Numbered from the stretch's first letter, positions 25,563 to 35,024 are shown. The stretch is 64,000 bases of DNA from Candidatus Altiarchaeota archaeon (GCA_043813075.1 JBDRLL010000010.1:64001-128000); one strand, 5' to 3'. The notes: generated from the letters alone by a model not told the origin. Translations and numbers: made by a program.

Positions 25563-28178
25563 CTATTGCAGATCCGCGTCATCGTTCGGCTCGTTAAGGC
25601 TCTTGTACGGGCAATTGTTCGGCGGGACTCTCAGCGGATAACCGCAGGTGTCCGGGCACAACGGCCCCTGCTGCACTGCAGGCCATACCTCCGGCGTCTC
25701 CACCTTAACACCCTCGTCCCGATACATCTCAACGAAGTTCCCGCCCATGAAGTAGGGCCAGTCCTCCGGGTAATAGGCGAGCACTGTCGAACGCTTGTGC
25801 TCGTCGTCGACCTTCACCCCTCCCCAGCAGCAGAAGTCGCCGCATTCCTCTCCCGTGCCACCGTCCTGTGCGGAGCATTTATAGCAGTCCCTTATTATGG
25901 TGCCGTGGCCGCTGCACGGGTAGATGGTGTTCGGCGCCGTCCACCAGTCGCTTCCGCTGCCCGGGCATTTGGCGCACCAGTCCAAGTTGTTGTTGCGGCA
26001 TACCCTGGATTGGGTCCTGTTCTTGCATGTTATCTCAGTCGGCTCCCACCTGCACGTCCACGGCGCGTTCTCGTCGCAGGGCATGAGCCATATCTGCCAG
26101 TCTATGTCATCCCCTCCCTCATCATACAAGTGTACTTTGTGGGCCGGGCTCTTCCACGTCACCTTTGTCACGAAGTGCGCCCACACCCTCGTCTTTATGG
26201 AGAATATGGACCTGTTCACATAATCCTTGTCAGGCATCCCGCTCTCCTTGTCGTACTTCCCGTCCTGTATACTATCATAGTCCTGGAATTTAGGGTTCTC
26301 GCTGTGCCTGTTCTCCTGCCTGTCGTCGAACCCGAAGTAGTCTGCAGCATGCTCGCTCCAGTAGCCGTAACCCCTCTCGTATCTGCTCAACTCCATGCAC
26401 GACCCCGGCTCCCACACGCCCACTTCCGGATAGTATGGTGGGGTTCCAGTCTCCCCTATGAAGCCCAGGTAGCCTGGTGTTGAAGACCCGAGCGTGCAAC
26501 TCAGGTCGCCTTCATTGCATAGGTCGTGGCCTTGGAGCCTTTCCGCTGAAATGCTGTTCCACCAGTGCATGAGGTCGTATGTTCCTTCATTGAACCTTTC
26601 CACATCCTCCAGGTCTGTTATGGTCTCCGTTAGCTTTAATCCGGTGTCCGCCATCATCCTCGAGGACTCGTAGGCCTTCGTGTATACGTCGGGCGTGTCG
26701 TAGTATTTCCCTGCGTCGAAGAGGTTCCACTCGCAGTAGGTGTACTCCCCCTTCTTTATGTGGTCCTCATAGTCCATTGACCTGTTCAGCGCCCTCAGCC
26801 TCTTGTCCTTGCAGAGCCTGGTTATCTTCGTCCTCCCGCCGACGTCACAGCTCCTAGCCAGCACGTAGACCAGCTCGTAGGTGTTCGCGTAGGGGCGGAA
26901 GCTGGGGTTTGAAGTCAAATCCATCTTGTCCACGTGGTCTTCCTCGTCCACGCCCAGCATGACGTATTCGGAGCCTACGAACAGCTTCTTGTTCTCGTTC
27001 TCCCCCGCGAAATCCAGCCTGAACATGAGGTCTGTGAGCGCGAGGCTCTTGTCGAAGACCCCGTCCTCCACCATCAGGCTGAGTATGTCCTTGCAGTTGT
27101 TGGTGTTGTATTGTACGTTGGTGCCCACGACCTTCCCGCACTTGAGCTCACCCTTGTTGTTCACCTTGATTATCTTTATGAAATCGTTTATAGCGGACTT
27201 GTCGTTCTTGGTGGTGACCCTGTCGCCGTTATAATCGTACACCTCACTGCCCTCCACATCCAGCTTCCCGTAATCAGTGATGTTTACCTTAGCATACCAC
27301 TTCTTGTCCCTGGTATTATCGTCAGAACTGTAGCACCCAGGTCCTGAAGTGTAGCTGGGCCACTGGCAGTCGTCCCTCTTCCAGTTGCATATGGGCTTGC
27401 ACTCACTAACGCCTGATGCCCCTGGCGGCTCTGTGGGGTCGCATATCCTCCCCTCCTCATTTGTCTTGTTGGTGTACCAGTACCTGCAGCTGTCCGGCAT
27501 GCAGGAGAATATGTCCACAGCCTTGCCCTCGGAGCGCGTGCTCACCGGACTGGTGGTGCCCTTGGTCCTCACCTCGAAGTAGAGTCTTGGGCTTGGGCTG
27601 CTGCCCCTGCATTTCTCGTCAGGCTGCCCTCCACCAGAGTATCCTAGGGTGTCGCCCTTAACAGCTTCAAACCCGTTAGGCGCCCTCCCGTCATCAAGCA
27701 AGTGGCAGTAGAATATGGTGTATACTATGTTGTTCGGTGGCACGGGTTCTGTGACGAACCGTATCCCGCACCCGCACTGGTATGACCCCGCAGGCTCGCC
27801 CCCAGTCGCGCCCAAGTCATAGCGGTATGCCTTGCCCTCCCACACGGCCCTGACAATGTCGCCGTCCTTCTGTATCAAGTCCACCCCCTGATGGCCTATA
27901 TTATCTGAATCTCGCTGGCAGCTGTAGCAGCTGGAGTTGATGACGTTCACCGGCGTGGTCAGGGAGTCCACCGGCCAGTGGAAGTAGAATGGGCCTGGGC
28001 ACATGAAGCAGTCCAAGTCTGCCCTGCACTCCTCGCAATACGGGTCTGACTGCGGGTTCGGGTTTGTGCTAAGGTCGGCGTTGAACTCGCATACTACTGC
28101 CTCCGCAGTGTTGGAGAACAGGATAGCTAACGATAGCAGAAGAATGGTCTTTTTAAGTAAAAAATGATTGACTCTCAT
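25563..28178 (-). CDS. Secreted Cys-rich protein with a degenerate peptidase M23 (LytM) domain
   Basis: Signal peptide ending AEA. FHWPV...HQGVDL...VRAVWEG...YCHL...KGDTLGYSG...SPSPRLYFEVR...VD; the canonical GPHLHFEVR is replaced by SPRLYFEVR. Confidence 0.82.
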   Translation of the reverse strand: MRVNHFLLKKTILLLSLAILFSNTAEAVVCEFNADLSTNPNPQSDPYCEECRADLDCFMCPGPFYFHWPVDSLTTPVNVINSSCYSCQRDSDNIGHQGVDLIQKDGDIVRAVWEGKAYRYDLGATGGEPAGSYQCGCGIRFVTEPVPPNNIVYTIFYCHLLDDGRAPNGFEAVKGDTLGYSGGGQPDEKCRGSSPSPRLYFEVRTKGTTSPVSTRSEGKAVDIFSCMPDSCRYWYTNKTNEEGRICDPTEPPGASGVSECKPICNWKRDDCQWPSYTSGPGCYSSDDNTRDKKWYAKVNITDYGKLDVEGSEVYDYNGDRVTTKNDKSAINDFIKIIKVNNKGELKCGKVVGTNVQYNTNNCKDILSLMVEDGVFDKSLALTDLMFRLDFAGENENKKLFVGSEYVMLGVDEEDHVDKMDLTSNPSFRPYANTYELVYVLARSCDVGGRTKITRLCKDKRLRALNRSMDYEDHIKKGEYTYCEWNLFDAGKYYDTPDVYTKAYESSRMMADTGLKLTETITDLEDVERFNEGTYDLMHWWNSISAERLQGHDLCNEGDLSCTLGSSTPGYLGFIGETGTPPYYPEVGVWEPGSCMELSRYERGYGYWSEHAADYFGFDDRQENRHSENPKFQDYDSIQDGKYDKESGMPDKDYVNRSIFSIKTRVWAHFVTKVTWKSPAHKVHLYDEGGDDIDWQIWLMPCDENAPWTCRWEPTEITCKNRTQSRVCRNNNLDWCAKCPGSGSDWWTAPNTIYPCSGHGTIIRDCYKCSAQDGGTGEECGDFCCWGGVKVDDEHKRSTVLAYYPEDWPYFMGGNFVEMYRDEGVKVETPEVWPAVQQGPLCPDTCGYPLRVPPNNCPYKSLNEPNDDADLQ

Positions 28179-28222
28179 CTATGTTTAATTATGTCATATC
28201 TATTATATATAGCTTAAATCCC
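28179..28222 (-). promoter_or_regulatory. Probable promoter of the 871-aa gene cluster
   Basis: AT-rich tract with CTATATATAATA on the minus strand, about 25-35 nt upstream of the ATG. Confidence 0.5.
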
Positions 28223-28228
28223 GTGTTT

Positions 28229-29323
28229 TCACCGGTTAAGAGCATCACCGAAAACCCTGTGCATTGTGCCGTAAAAACTGGTCGCCCTGCTGAATGATTC
28301 AGGCGTTATCAAACCCACCAGCCTGCCGGATTCTGTCACAAGAACCAGGTCGCTGGTGAGCAGAACCCTAAGGTTCTCCTCAACACCATCAGAGGCGTCA
28401 AGTACCGCATATTCTCTGCTAACATAATCCGACACCCTACCCCCAATGTCACCACCACCAACACCCCTCACAGCCTCCATGTCGAGCACGCCCCTCATCA
28501 CGCCATTATAGTCTATCACAGGGTAGAACCGCTGGCCCGGCCTGGCGACAAGCCTGAAGAACTCGCCCACACTGATGGTCGAGTTGACGTAATCAACGTC
28601 CCTGACCGCCATTTCCCCCACCTTAACGCCCCTAACCGCCTTACGCAAGCCCACGAACTTCAGCTCGTTAGGGCCTACAGTGAACAGGAAGAGGCCTATC
28701 ACAATCCACCATATGTTCCCCCAGATTATGCCTGCCGCTACGAACAACAGGAATATGCCCTGCCCTACCGCCAAGGCGATCCGTGTGGCGGTGAAGTACT
28801 CCACCCACAATGCTATCACAGACCTGAATACCCTCCCCCCGTCCATGGGGAATGCTGGCATCATGTTGAAGGCTCCCAGCAGAAGGTTGATCCACACGAG
28901 TAGGCTGAATATGTGCTGGAAGTTCATCACCAGGGAACCCTCCTCAAGGCTCGACACCATGGAGCCGTAGCTCACCAAATCCACTCCTGAAGCAGCTATT
29001 ACCGAGAACGCGACGCCTGCCATGAAGAAGTTGAATAAAGGCCCTGCTATCGAAATCTTAAGCTCTAGGACAGGGTTTTCAGGGAGTTCTATGGTCGCCA
29101 GACCGCCTATGGGCAGTAGGGTTATCTTTGGGACCGGTATGCCCGAGAGCTTCGCTGTTATGGAGTGAACTAGTTCATGGGCTAGGACTATGCTGAATAT
29201 GAGGAAGATGAAGATGAAGTTTGACAGTCCAGCCATGAGGAACAGGAGGAAGAAGAGTATGAACGTCAAATGGAGTTCGACGGAAATACCCATTACCCTG
29301 AAAACCGGGTACGACCAACGCAT
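28229..29323 (-). CDS. Site-2 protease family (M50) intramembrane metalloprotease with CBS pair
   Basis: HELVH (HExxH), LLPIGGLA, IAGP, FNMMPAFPMDGGR, and C-terminal CBS-like repeats. Confidence 0.93.
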   Translation of the reverse strand: MRWSYPVFRVMGISVELHLTFILFFLLFLMAGLSNFIFIFLIFSIVLAHELVHSITAKLSGIPVPKITLLPIGGLATIELPENPVLELKISIAGPLFNFFMAGVAFSVIAASGVDLVSYGSMVSSLEEGSLVMNFQHIFSLLVWINLLLGAFNMMPAFPMDGGRVFRSVIALWVEYFTATRIALAVGQGIFLLFVAAGIIWGNIWWIVIGLFLFTVGPNELKFVGLRKAVRGVKVGEMAVRDVDYVNSTISVGEFFRLVARPGQRFYPVIDYNGVMRGVLDMEAVRGVGGGDIGGRVSDYVSREYAVLDASDGVEENLRVLLTSDLVLVTESGRLVGLITPESFSRATSFYGTMHRVFGDALNR

Positions 29324-29330
29324 TTTAAGC

Positions 29331-29816
29331 CTATCCCCTCTGTATGGCCGTCACACCAGTCCTCGCGACCTCTTTAATGCCCAGCTGCCTCATGAGGCTG
29401 ATGAACGCCTCAATCTTCTTCGTATCCCCTATTATCTCGACAGAAATGCTCTTAGAGCTCACGTCAACGACGTTGCCCCTGAATACTTCAGTATATCTTA
29501 TTATCTGGCTTTTATGGGTTTCGTCAGGGGCGTTGACTTTTATTATGCACAACTCCCTTGCGACGGCATTGTCCCTGTCTATGTCAGAGACTTTTATCAC
29601 GTTCACAAGCTTGTTCATCTGCTTGGTCACCTGCTCCAGTATCTTGTCGTCACCCCTGGTGACTATGGTCATCCGGGCGACGTCAGGATGGTCTGTGGAG
29701 CCGACTGTGATGCTGTCTATGTTGAACTTCCTCCTGGCGAAAAGCGATGCTATCTTCTGCAGTACCCCCGGCTTGTGCTCGACGAGCGCCGTTATTATGT
29801 GCGTTTCCTCAGCCAT
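29331..29816 (-). CDS. ilvH: Acetolactate synthase small (regulatory) subunit
   Basis: [40 protein letters not shown]. Confidence 0.95.
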   Translation of the reverse strand: MAEETHIITALVEHKPGVLQKIASLFARRKFNIDSITVGSTDHPDVARMTIVTRGDDKILEQVTKQMNKLVNVIKVSDIDRDNAVARELCIIKVNAPDETHKSQIIRYTEVFRGNVVDVSSKSISVEIIGDTKKIEAFISLMRQLGIKEVARTGVTAIQRG

Positions 29817-29872
29817 TGTATAATATACAAACCGTTCATTTAAAAAAGCCTAAATACTATCTATTACTCCAA

Positions 29873-30667
29873 ATGAGTCGAGACGATTATCCTGAGAAGG
29901 GGGAGCTGGTTTTAGGGTCTGTGAAGAGCATATTCAAGCAGGGGGCGTTCATAGAGCTTGAGGAATACGGCAACAAGAACGGGATGCTCCACCTGTCTGA
30001 GATATCCCTCAAGTGGGTTAGGAACATAAGAGACTATGTGAAGGAAGGCCAGAAGGTCGTCCTCATGGTATTGAGGATCGACCCGTCAAGGGGGCACATA
30101 GACTTGTCCCTCAGAAGGGTCTCTGACGCCGCGAGAAAGCAGAAGCTGCAGGACGTCAAGCAGAGGCAGAGGTCCCTCAAGTTCATGGAGATACTATCGT
30201 CAGAACTTAACGTGAAGCCTGAGACAGTCTCAAAGAAGGTCGGCTCCAAGCTGGAGAAGGAGTACGGCAGCGTCTACGCAGGGCTTGAGGCGATATCAGC
30301 GGATCATGATGTGGCTGACGGGCTCGGCCTGGATGAGAAATGGAGGAAGGCTCTGGTAGCCCTCGTCTCCAAGAGCATAAAATCACCTCTTGTTGAGATA
30401 ACAGGATACGTTGAATTAAAATCATACGAGTCTGAGGGCGTTAACATAATCAAGGACTCGCTGGCCGAGATATCAAAACACTCGTCCAAAAACTGCGATG
30501 TGTCAGTCTCCTATGTCTCAGCCCCATTCTACTCTGTTAAGGTAGTCGCCCCAGACTACAAGACCGCTGAACGCACCATGAAGACCACCGTCGAGCAGGG
30601 CATAAAGCACTTGAGCAGCAAGGGCGGTGAAGGCACATTCTACCGTGAGATACCGAAGAAGAAGTAA
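29873..30667 (+). CDS. eif2a: Translation initiation factor aIF2 alpha
   Basis: YPEKGELVLG, S1 domain LHLSEISLKWVRNIRDYVKEGQ, GHIDLSLRRV, APDYK.AE. ATG at 29873. Confidence 0.96.
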   Translation: MSRDDYPEKGELVLGSVKSIFKQGAFIELEEYGNKNGMLHLSEISLKWVRNIRDYVKEGQKVVLMVLRIDPSRGHIDLSLRRVSDAARKQKLQDVKQRQRSLKFMEILSSELNVKPETVSKKVGSKLEKEYGSVYAGLEAISADHDVADGLGLDEKWRKALVALVSKSIKSPLVEITGYVELKSYESEGVNIIKDSLAEISKHSSKNCDVSVSYVSAPFYSVKVVAPDYKTAERTMKTTVEQGIKHLSSKGGEGTFYREIPKKK

Positions 30668-30669
30668 GC

Positions 30670-31596
30670 CTACTTCCCTAATATCCTGACTGGATTGTCG
30701 ACCACCATCCTCCTGAACTCGCTTAAACCCAGGTCATGGTCCTTCAGCAGATTCATGTACTGCATAATGCTGTCGCTGGAACCCGGATTCCTCACCTGAC
30801 CCGCGTCAGACGTCAGTATGCACTGGTCCACTCCAATCTCCCTGATGCAGCGGGACTGCTCCTCAAGCGGATAGTCCCCCGGATTATCCCTGTCCAAGTA
30901 CATGATGTAGCAGTACTCTATGAACGCGCCCTTACCGGCAAGCCTCTCCTGCACTTCAAGCGGCATTGAAATGTCCCTCTGCATGGGATGCGTCACAATA
31001 ACCTTGATGCCCCTGTCAATCGCCTCAAGGCTCAGCCTCTCAGCCTCCCTCCAGTTGACATGACCCGTAGCTAGCACGCACCCCATCTCCTGCATGGTAT
31101 CCAACACCAACTCAGCCTTCCTTATGAGCCTGCCAGCCCAATTAGTCACCCTAATGGCCTTCAAATCCGCCTTCGGCCTGGGCTTGAATGACGGGTCCTT
31201 AATCCATTCCGGTGGTATCTCATACTCGCTCTTATTGGATATCAGATGGTTTTCAGCGTGTATTGTAGGGAACCATACTATCAGCGGATACTTCTTCGAC
31301 ATCATGGCGGAAGCGTACACTGCCGAAGGATTGAAGCCGCCCATAAAATAGTTCAGCGTTATGGAGCCTATCAGCTTAAGACCATTCACGCTCTCGTGAG
31401 CAGCTTGTATGTAAGTCATCGTCGGGAAGCTGTGGGCCTTCAAGGCTATCCCCCCTATCCTGCCCTTCTCCTCCTTTATCAGCTCGTCCACGTCATCGTA
31501 CTTCCTCGGCAGTATGTCAGGTCCCACATGGAAGTGCATGTCGTACGCTTCCTTAACCAGTTTTTTAATGTCCTTATCGTCAGTCAAGTTCATCAC
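30670..31596 (-). CDS. Amidohydrolase-superfamily TIM-barrel protein (DUF6282-like)
   Basis: DMHFHVGPD..PRK, LKAH, ATGH, THP, TSDAGQ. Confidence 0.75.
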   Translation of the reverse strand: MMNLTDDKDIKKLVKEAYDMHFHVGPDILPRKYDDVDELIKEEKGRIGGIALKAHSFPTMTYIQAAHESVNGLKLIGSITLNYFMGGFNPSAVYASAMMSKKYPLIVWFPTIHAENHLISNKSEYEIPPEWIKDPSFKPRPKADLKAIRVTNWAGRLIRKAELVLDTMQEMGCVLATGHVNWREAERLSLEAIDRGIKVIVTHPMQRDISMPLEVQERLAGKGAFIEYCYIMYLDRDNPGDYPLEEQSRCIREIGVDQCILTSDAGQVRNPGSSDSIMQYMNLLKDHDLGLSEFRRMVVDNPVRILGK

Positions 31597-32848
31597 CGTT
31601 TATAGTGTTCCTCATGCTGTTCTCAGACACGACCCGCCCGCCGTTTACCACATACCTTACGTGCGGGATTCCGTTCAACGCCCTGCTAGTGCTCTCATAG
31701 TTCAACACAATCAGGTCTGCGAGGGAACCCTCCTTGACGCCGTATCCCAAACCCATTATCCTCGCGCCATTCACGGACGCCATGTCAAACAACAGACTAT
31801 CATCCCCGCTCCCAGTCATCCTCGTCGCGGAAGCAAGGACATGCATCTCGCGTAGCATGCTCCCGTTCCCGAGAGGATAGAACACGTCCCTGATGTTGTC
31901 AGTCCCCACCGCAACGTTCACCCCAGCATCCAGGAGCTCCCTAACCCTCGTGATGCTGTTCGAAGGCCTCGCGTGCACTCCGTCAGGAACATTATGTCTT
32001 GTTATCATGTTGGCGCTCGGCGTGACTATCACGTTCATGCCAGCCTCCTTCACCAGTCTTATGGTCTCGCCCGCTATACCGTCGTCCACTGCTGAAAGGG
32101 ATATGCAGTGGGTTGCTGAAACCCTCCCCTGCCATTTATTCTCAATCGTCTTCTCAGCAAGCAATGGCAGCATGAAGTCCTGCGGGTTGTTGGACTCGTC
32201 GACTTGGACCTCCAGGTCGCAGCCGTGCCTAACCGCGATTTCGAACAAAACATCCAGGTGCTGCTCCTGCTCCTCCCTCGTCTTCTCCACCAGCGGGAGG
32301 CCTCCCATCAAGTCTGCTCCTGATTCGAGGGCCTGGTTGATGAGGTCCTCGCACCCCTTCTTCAAAACCCCCTCCTGCGGGAAGGCGCACAACTGTATTC
32401 TAACCGTGTTCTTGAACTCCTCCTTAAGTCTGGTGAGGGCTTCAACACCCTTAAGGCCTGCCGTCGTGTCTACGTCCACCTGCGTCCTTATGGCGGTAGT
32501 CCCCTGGACCACCATCTCCCCCACTATTTTCCCCGCCCTTCCCATCACTTCGTTGACGGTGTAATCCCTCTTGAACTTCTTAAGCAGCTCCCTGTTCTCC
32601 TCCAGGCTCTTCCCGAAGTCCCCCGGCTTCATGCGGGAGAGCAGTCCCGCCTTGTCCAGGTGGGTGTGGATGTTCACGAACCCTGGGACAGTCATCATGC
32701 CGGCCGCGTCTATGCTCCGCGTGCGGTCTGACGCCTTGCCTACCGCGCGTATAAGCCCGTCTTTTATGCAGATGTCTGATGTTTTTAAAGAACCAGGTGT
32801 ATTTGCGTCTAGTATCGCCAGATCTAGGACCTTACCCTCAACCACCAT
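31580..32848 (-). CDS. Cytosine deaminase-like amidohydrolase (CodA family)
   Basis: PGFVNIHTHLDK, GTT.IRT.VDV, AFPQEG, V.A.HC, GTDN.RD.FYPLG. Confidence 0.85.
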   Translation of the reverse strand: MVVEGKVLDLAILDANTPGSLKTSDICIKDGLIRAVGKASDRTRSIDAAGMMTVPGFVNIHTHLDKAGLLSRMKPGDFGKSLEENRELLKKFKRDYTVNEVMGRAGKIVGEMVVQGTTAIRTQVDVDTTAGLKGVEALTRLKEEFKNTVRIQLCAFPQEGVLKKGCEDLINQALESGADLMGGLPLVEKTREEQEQHLDVLFEIAVRHGCDLEVQVDESNNPQDFMLPLLAEKTIENKWQGRVSATHCISLSAVDDGIAGETIRLVKEAGMNVIVTPSANMITRHNVPDGVHARPSNSITRVRELLDAGVNVAVGTDNIRDVFYPLGNGSMLREMHVLASATRMTGSGDDSLLFDMASVNGARIMGLGYGVKEGSLADLIVLNYESTSRALNGIPHVRYVVNGGRVVSENSMRNTINGDELD

Positions 32849-32923
32849 CCTAGGTAATGTATTGGACAGACTTCATATAAATAGATTCATACATCAATTA
32901 TGATATCATAGTCGGGTGCTGGA

Positions 32924-33895
32924 ATGGTTTTGATAAGGCTTATGGCGTTAACCGCCCTGATGTTGGCGGTTTCCGGGTGCATGTGCTGTGAGACGTTCAC
33001 TGGAGGAGGTTCCACCACAACCACCATGGAGGAGCCCTACTGCTCGGACCCCTACATACTCGTCGGCAGGCGGTGCTGTCTGGACGTTGACAGGAACATG
33101 GTGTGCGACTCCGACGAGCAGACAACAACGACGGTCAAGGCTACGACCACAGTCAAGGTGACTACCACTGTGAAGGCGGTCCAGCCTACTGTGACTCTGC
33201 CGCCACAGCCCCAGCAGACTTCCACTACGCTGGCGCCAGCCACGACTTCCGCGCCCTCATGCACCGACGGCGTGAAGAACCAGAATGAGGAGTACGCGGA
33301 CTGCGGGGGCGTCTGCGTGCAGGCTTGCGAGGTAATGTCCCTCTCAAGCAGCTGGAAGGATTTCACCAGATTCAACATAACATACAGGTTCCGGCTGGAC
33401 GACGTCAAAGTCGGCGACAAGCAGACCGACTACTACATCCAGGTCAAGACCAATGACGGCATGACCGCTGAAGACTTGTACTTGAATACGGGCGAGAGCT
33501 TCGTCGACCACCTCCGCTTCAAGGTGGTGAACTATCCTGACGCGTCGCCGAAGATAGCCGTCCGCCTCAACATCGAGGACTTGTCTGCGATGCCAAGCGA
33601 CGCTACAATGCTGACTATAGGCGGCACTGGCTGTCCGACATACCTGTCCCCCAACGTGCCCTCCAAGCCCGAGGACCTGTGCTGCAGGAACTACAACGGC
33701 TACGACATCTGCCTCCGTTCGAGGTCTGAGAAGAAGGTGTTCGTCCAGGACCCTGACGGACTCAAGTACACTGGCACAGAACTGGCTGACAAACAGTACC
33801 GCTACTTCGGAAACCTCCAGTTGAGCGGCCTTTTTGACAGGGAGCATTTCATTAACGGCGGCTACATCCTGATATACGCGAGAATGAAGGGGTAG
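32924..33895 (+). CDS. Predicted lipoprotein with Thr-rich linkers and Cys-rich modules
   Basis: Lipobox-like VSGC, C..PY...G..CCLD...N.VCD.DE module, (V/A)TTTVK repeats, and a CTDGVKNQNEE..DCGG.C module. Confidence 0.75.
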   Translation: MVLIRLMALTALMLAVSGCMCCETFTGGGSTTTTMEEPYCSDPYILVGRRCCLDVDRNMVCDSDEQTTTTVKATTTVKVTTTVKAVQPTVTLPPQPQQTSTTLAPATTSAPSCTDGVKNQNEEYADCGGVCVQACEVMSLSSSWKDFTRFNITYRFRLDDVKVGDKQTDYYIQVKTNDGMTAEDLYLNTGESFVDHLRFKVVNYPDASPKIAVRLNIEDLSAMPSDATMLTIGGTGCPTYLSPNVPSKPEDLCCRNYNGYDICLRSRSEKKVFVQDPDGLKYTGTELADKQYRYFGNLQLSGLFDREHFINGGYILIYARMKG

Positions 33896-33899
33896 GTCC

Positions 33900-34232
33900 A
33901 TGCCCAAGCCTGTTCCACCCACGTTGAGGGAGCGCAACCGCTACCTGGTTTTTGAAGCCATATCCGACTCCCAGTTCGACAGGAAGGCTGTCGTCAACTC
34001 GCTGTGGAACTCCATGCTGCGCCTCTACGGGGAGGTGGGGGCTTCTGAGACCTCCATATGGATTATGGACTGGGATGAGGGCAAGTCCAGGGGCATAGTG
34101 AAGGTGAACCACAAAGCCATTGACAGGGCCAGGGCTGCGATAGGCCTGGTGGGGGATATCGGCGGTAAAAGCGTCATATTGCGGGTTATAACGGTCTCAG
34201 GCACCCTCAAGAAGGCAAGAGAAAACCTGTAA
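33900..34232 (+). CDS. rnp2: Ribonuclease P protein component 2 (Pop5/Rpp14)
   Basis: PPTLRERNRYLVFE...LYGE.G...GIVKV...VSGTLKKAR. Confidence 0.95.
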   Translation: MPKPVPPTLRERNRYLVFEAISDSQFDRKAVVNSLWNSMLRLYGEVGASETSIWIMDWDEGKSRGIVKVNHKAIDRARAAIGLVGDIGGKSVILRVITVSGTLKKARENL

Positions 34233-34260
34233 AACACAAAAATATCTTATATTATACAAA

Positions 34261-34935
34261 CTATTTTAGGTATGTCTGGTTGCACTCAGCCTCCAAAGCC
34301 CCATCCGCTATGAGCATGCACAACTGGGGGTTTATGGAACCCTCCCCTATATGCTGCAGTATGCACTCATCCTTAAGGGACACGTTCCTTATGCCCAGAC
34401 ACTCCAACGGGTTGGATTTCTTGTCCCTCAGGTAGTTGAACACACACCTGTCCTTGGTCTGCTGGTCGAATATGAGCTTGCAGTAGTCTACCCTCTTCCA
34501 CCTGAAGGCCATCATCCAGTAGCAGTAGTCCTTCTCCTCCAGCACGTCCACGCCATTGCAGAACTCCACCCGCTCCTCCACATGGGCCTTGCACTTGAGC
34601 ATAATGTTCCTCGAGGAAATCATGTCGCACAACCCAGAATCACCAGCCCTGCCGGCCAGTTCGTAGATGCAGTCATCCCTCTGCCCCACTTCAGCGAGCA
34701 TGGTGCAGTTACCAGTATCCACAAGAACAGGAGCCAGAGTCGTTTCGACATCAAAGTCCTCCAGCGTCGTGCTGGTCGAGCCAACGACAGGCGCCAGGGT
34801 TGTGGACGTGGACACGGTGGTCTCCGCAGGGCCGAGAGTGGTTGTGACCTGAACTTCATACTGCACAGTCTCCGTGCCGCCCATGCAGCCTGCCGCCAAC
34901 ACAACCAAAACCAAAAACAATACGGAATACTTCAC
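34261..34935 (-). CDS. Predicted lipoprotein with Cys-pair repeats
   Basis: LAAGC lipobox, Thr-rich linker, and about five C-x2-[ILV]-x5-[KR]D-x-C units. Confidence 0.8.
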   Translation of the reverse strand: MKYSVLFLVLVVLAAGCMGGTETVQYEVQVTTTLGPAETTVSTSTTLAPVVGSTSTTLEDFDVETTLAPVLVDTGNCTMLAEVGQRDDCIYELAGRAGDSGLCDMISSRNIMLKCKAHVEERVEFCNGVDVLEEKDYCYWMMAFRWKRVDYCKLIFDQQTKDRCVFNYLRDKKSNPLECLGIRNVSLKDECILQHIGEGSINPQLCMLIADGALEAECNQTYLK

Positions 34936-35024
34936 GACTATTGATTAAAGAAAACGGATTAAAAAGCACGCTAATATGGTGGGGCATCGTGTTTCAGGAT
35001 TTACCTATTTTTGGGCTGGTGTAT

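Noticed and set aside
25392-26483. 363-aa plus-strand ORF
   Set aside because: Antisense shadow of the 871-aa and ~254-aa genes, with no motifs.
14552-28228. Integrated conjugative element or provirus inserted at the guaAA 3' end
   Set aside because: No integrase, relaxase, capsid or terminase gene and no flanking direct repeat was found. The Gly/Ala tail is tape-measure-like only in composition.
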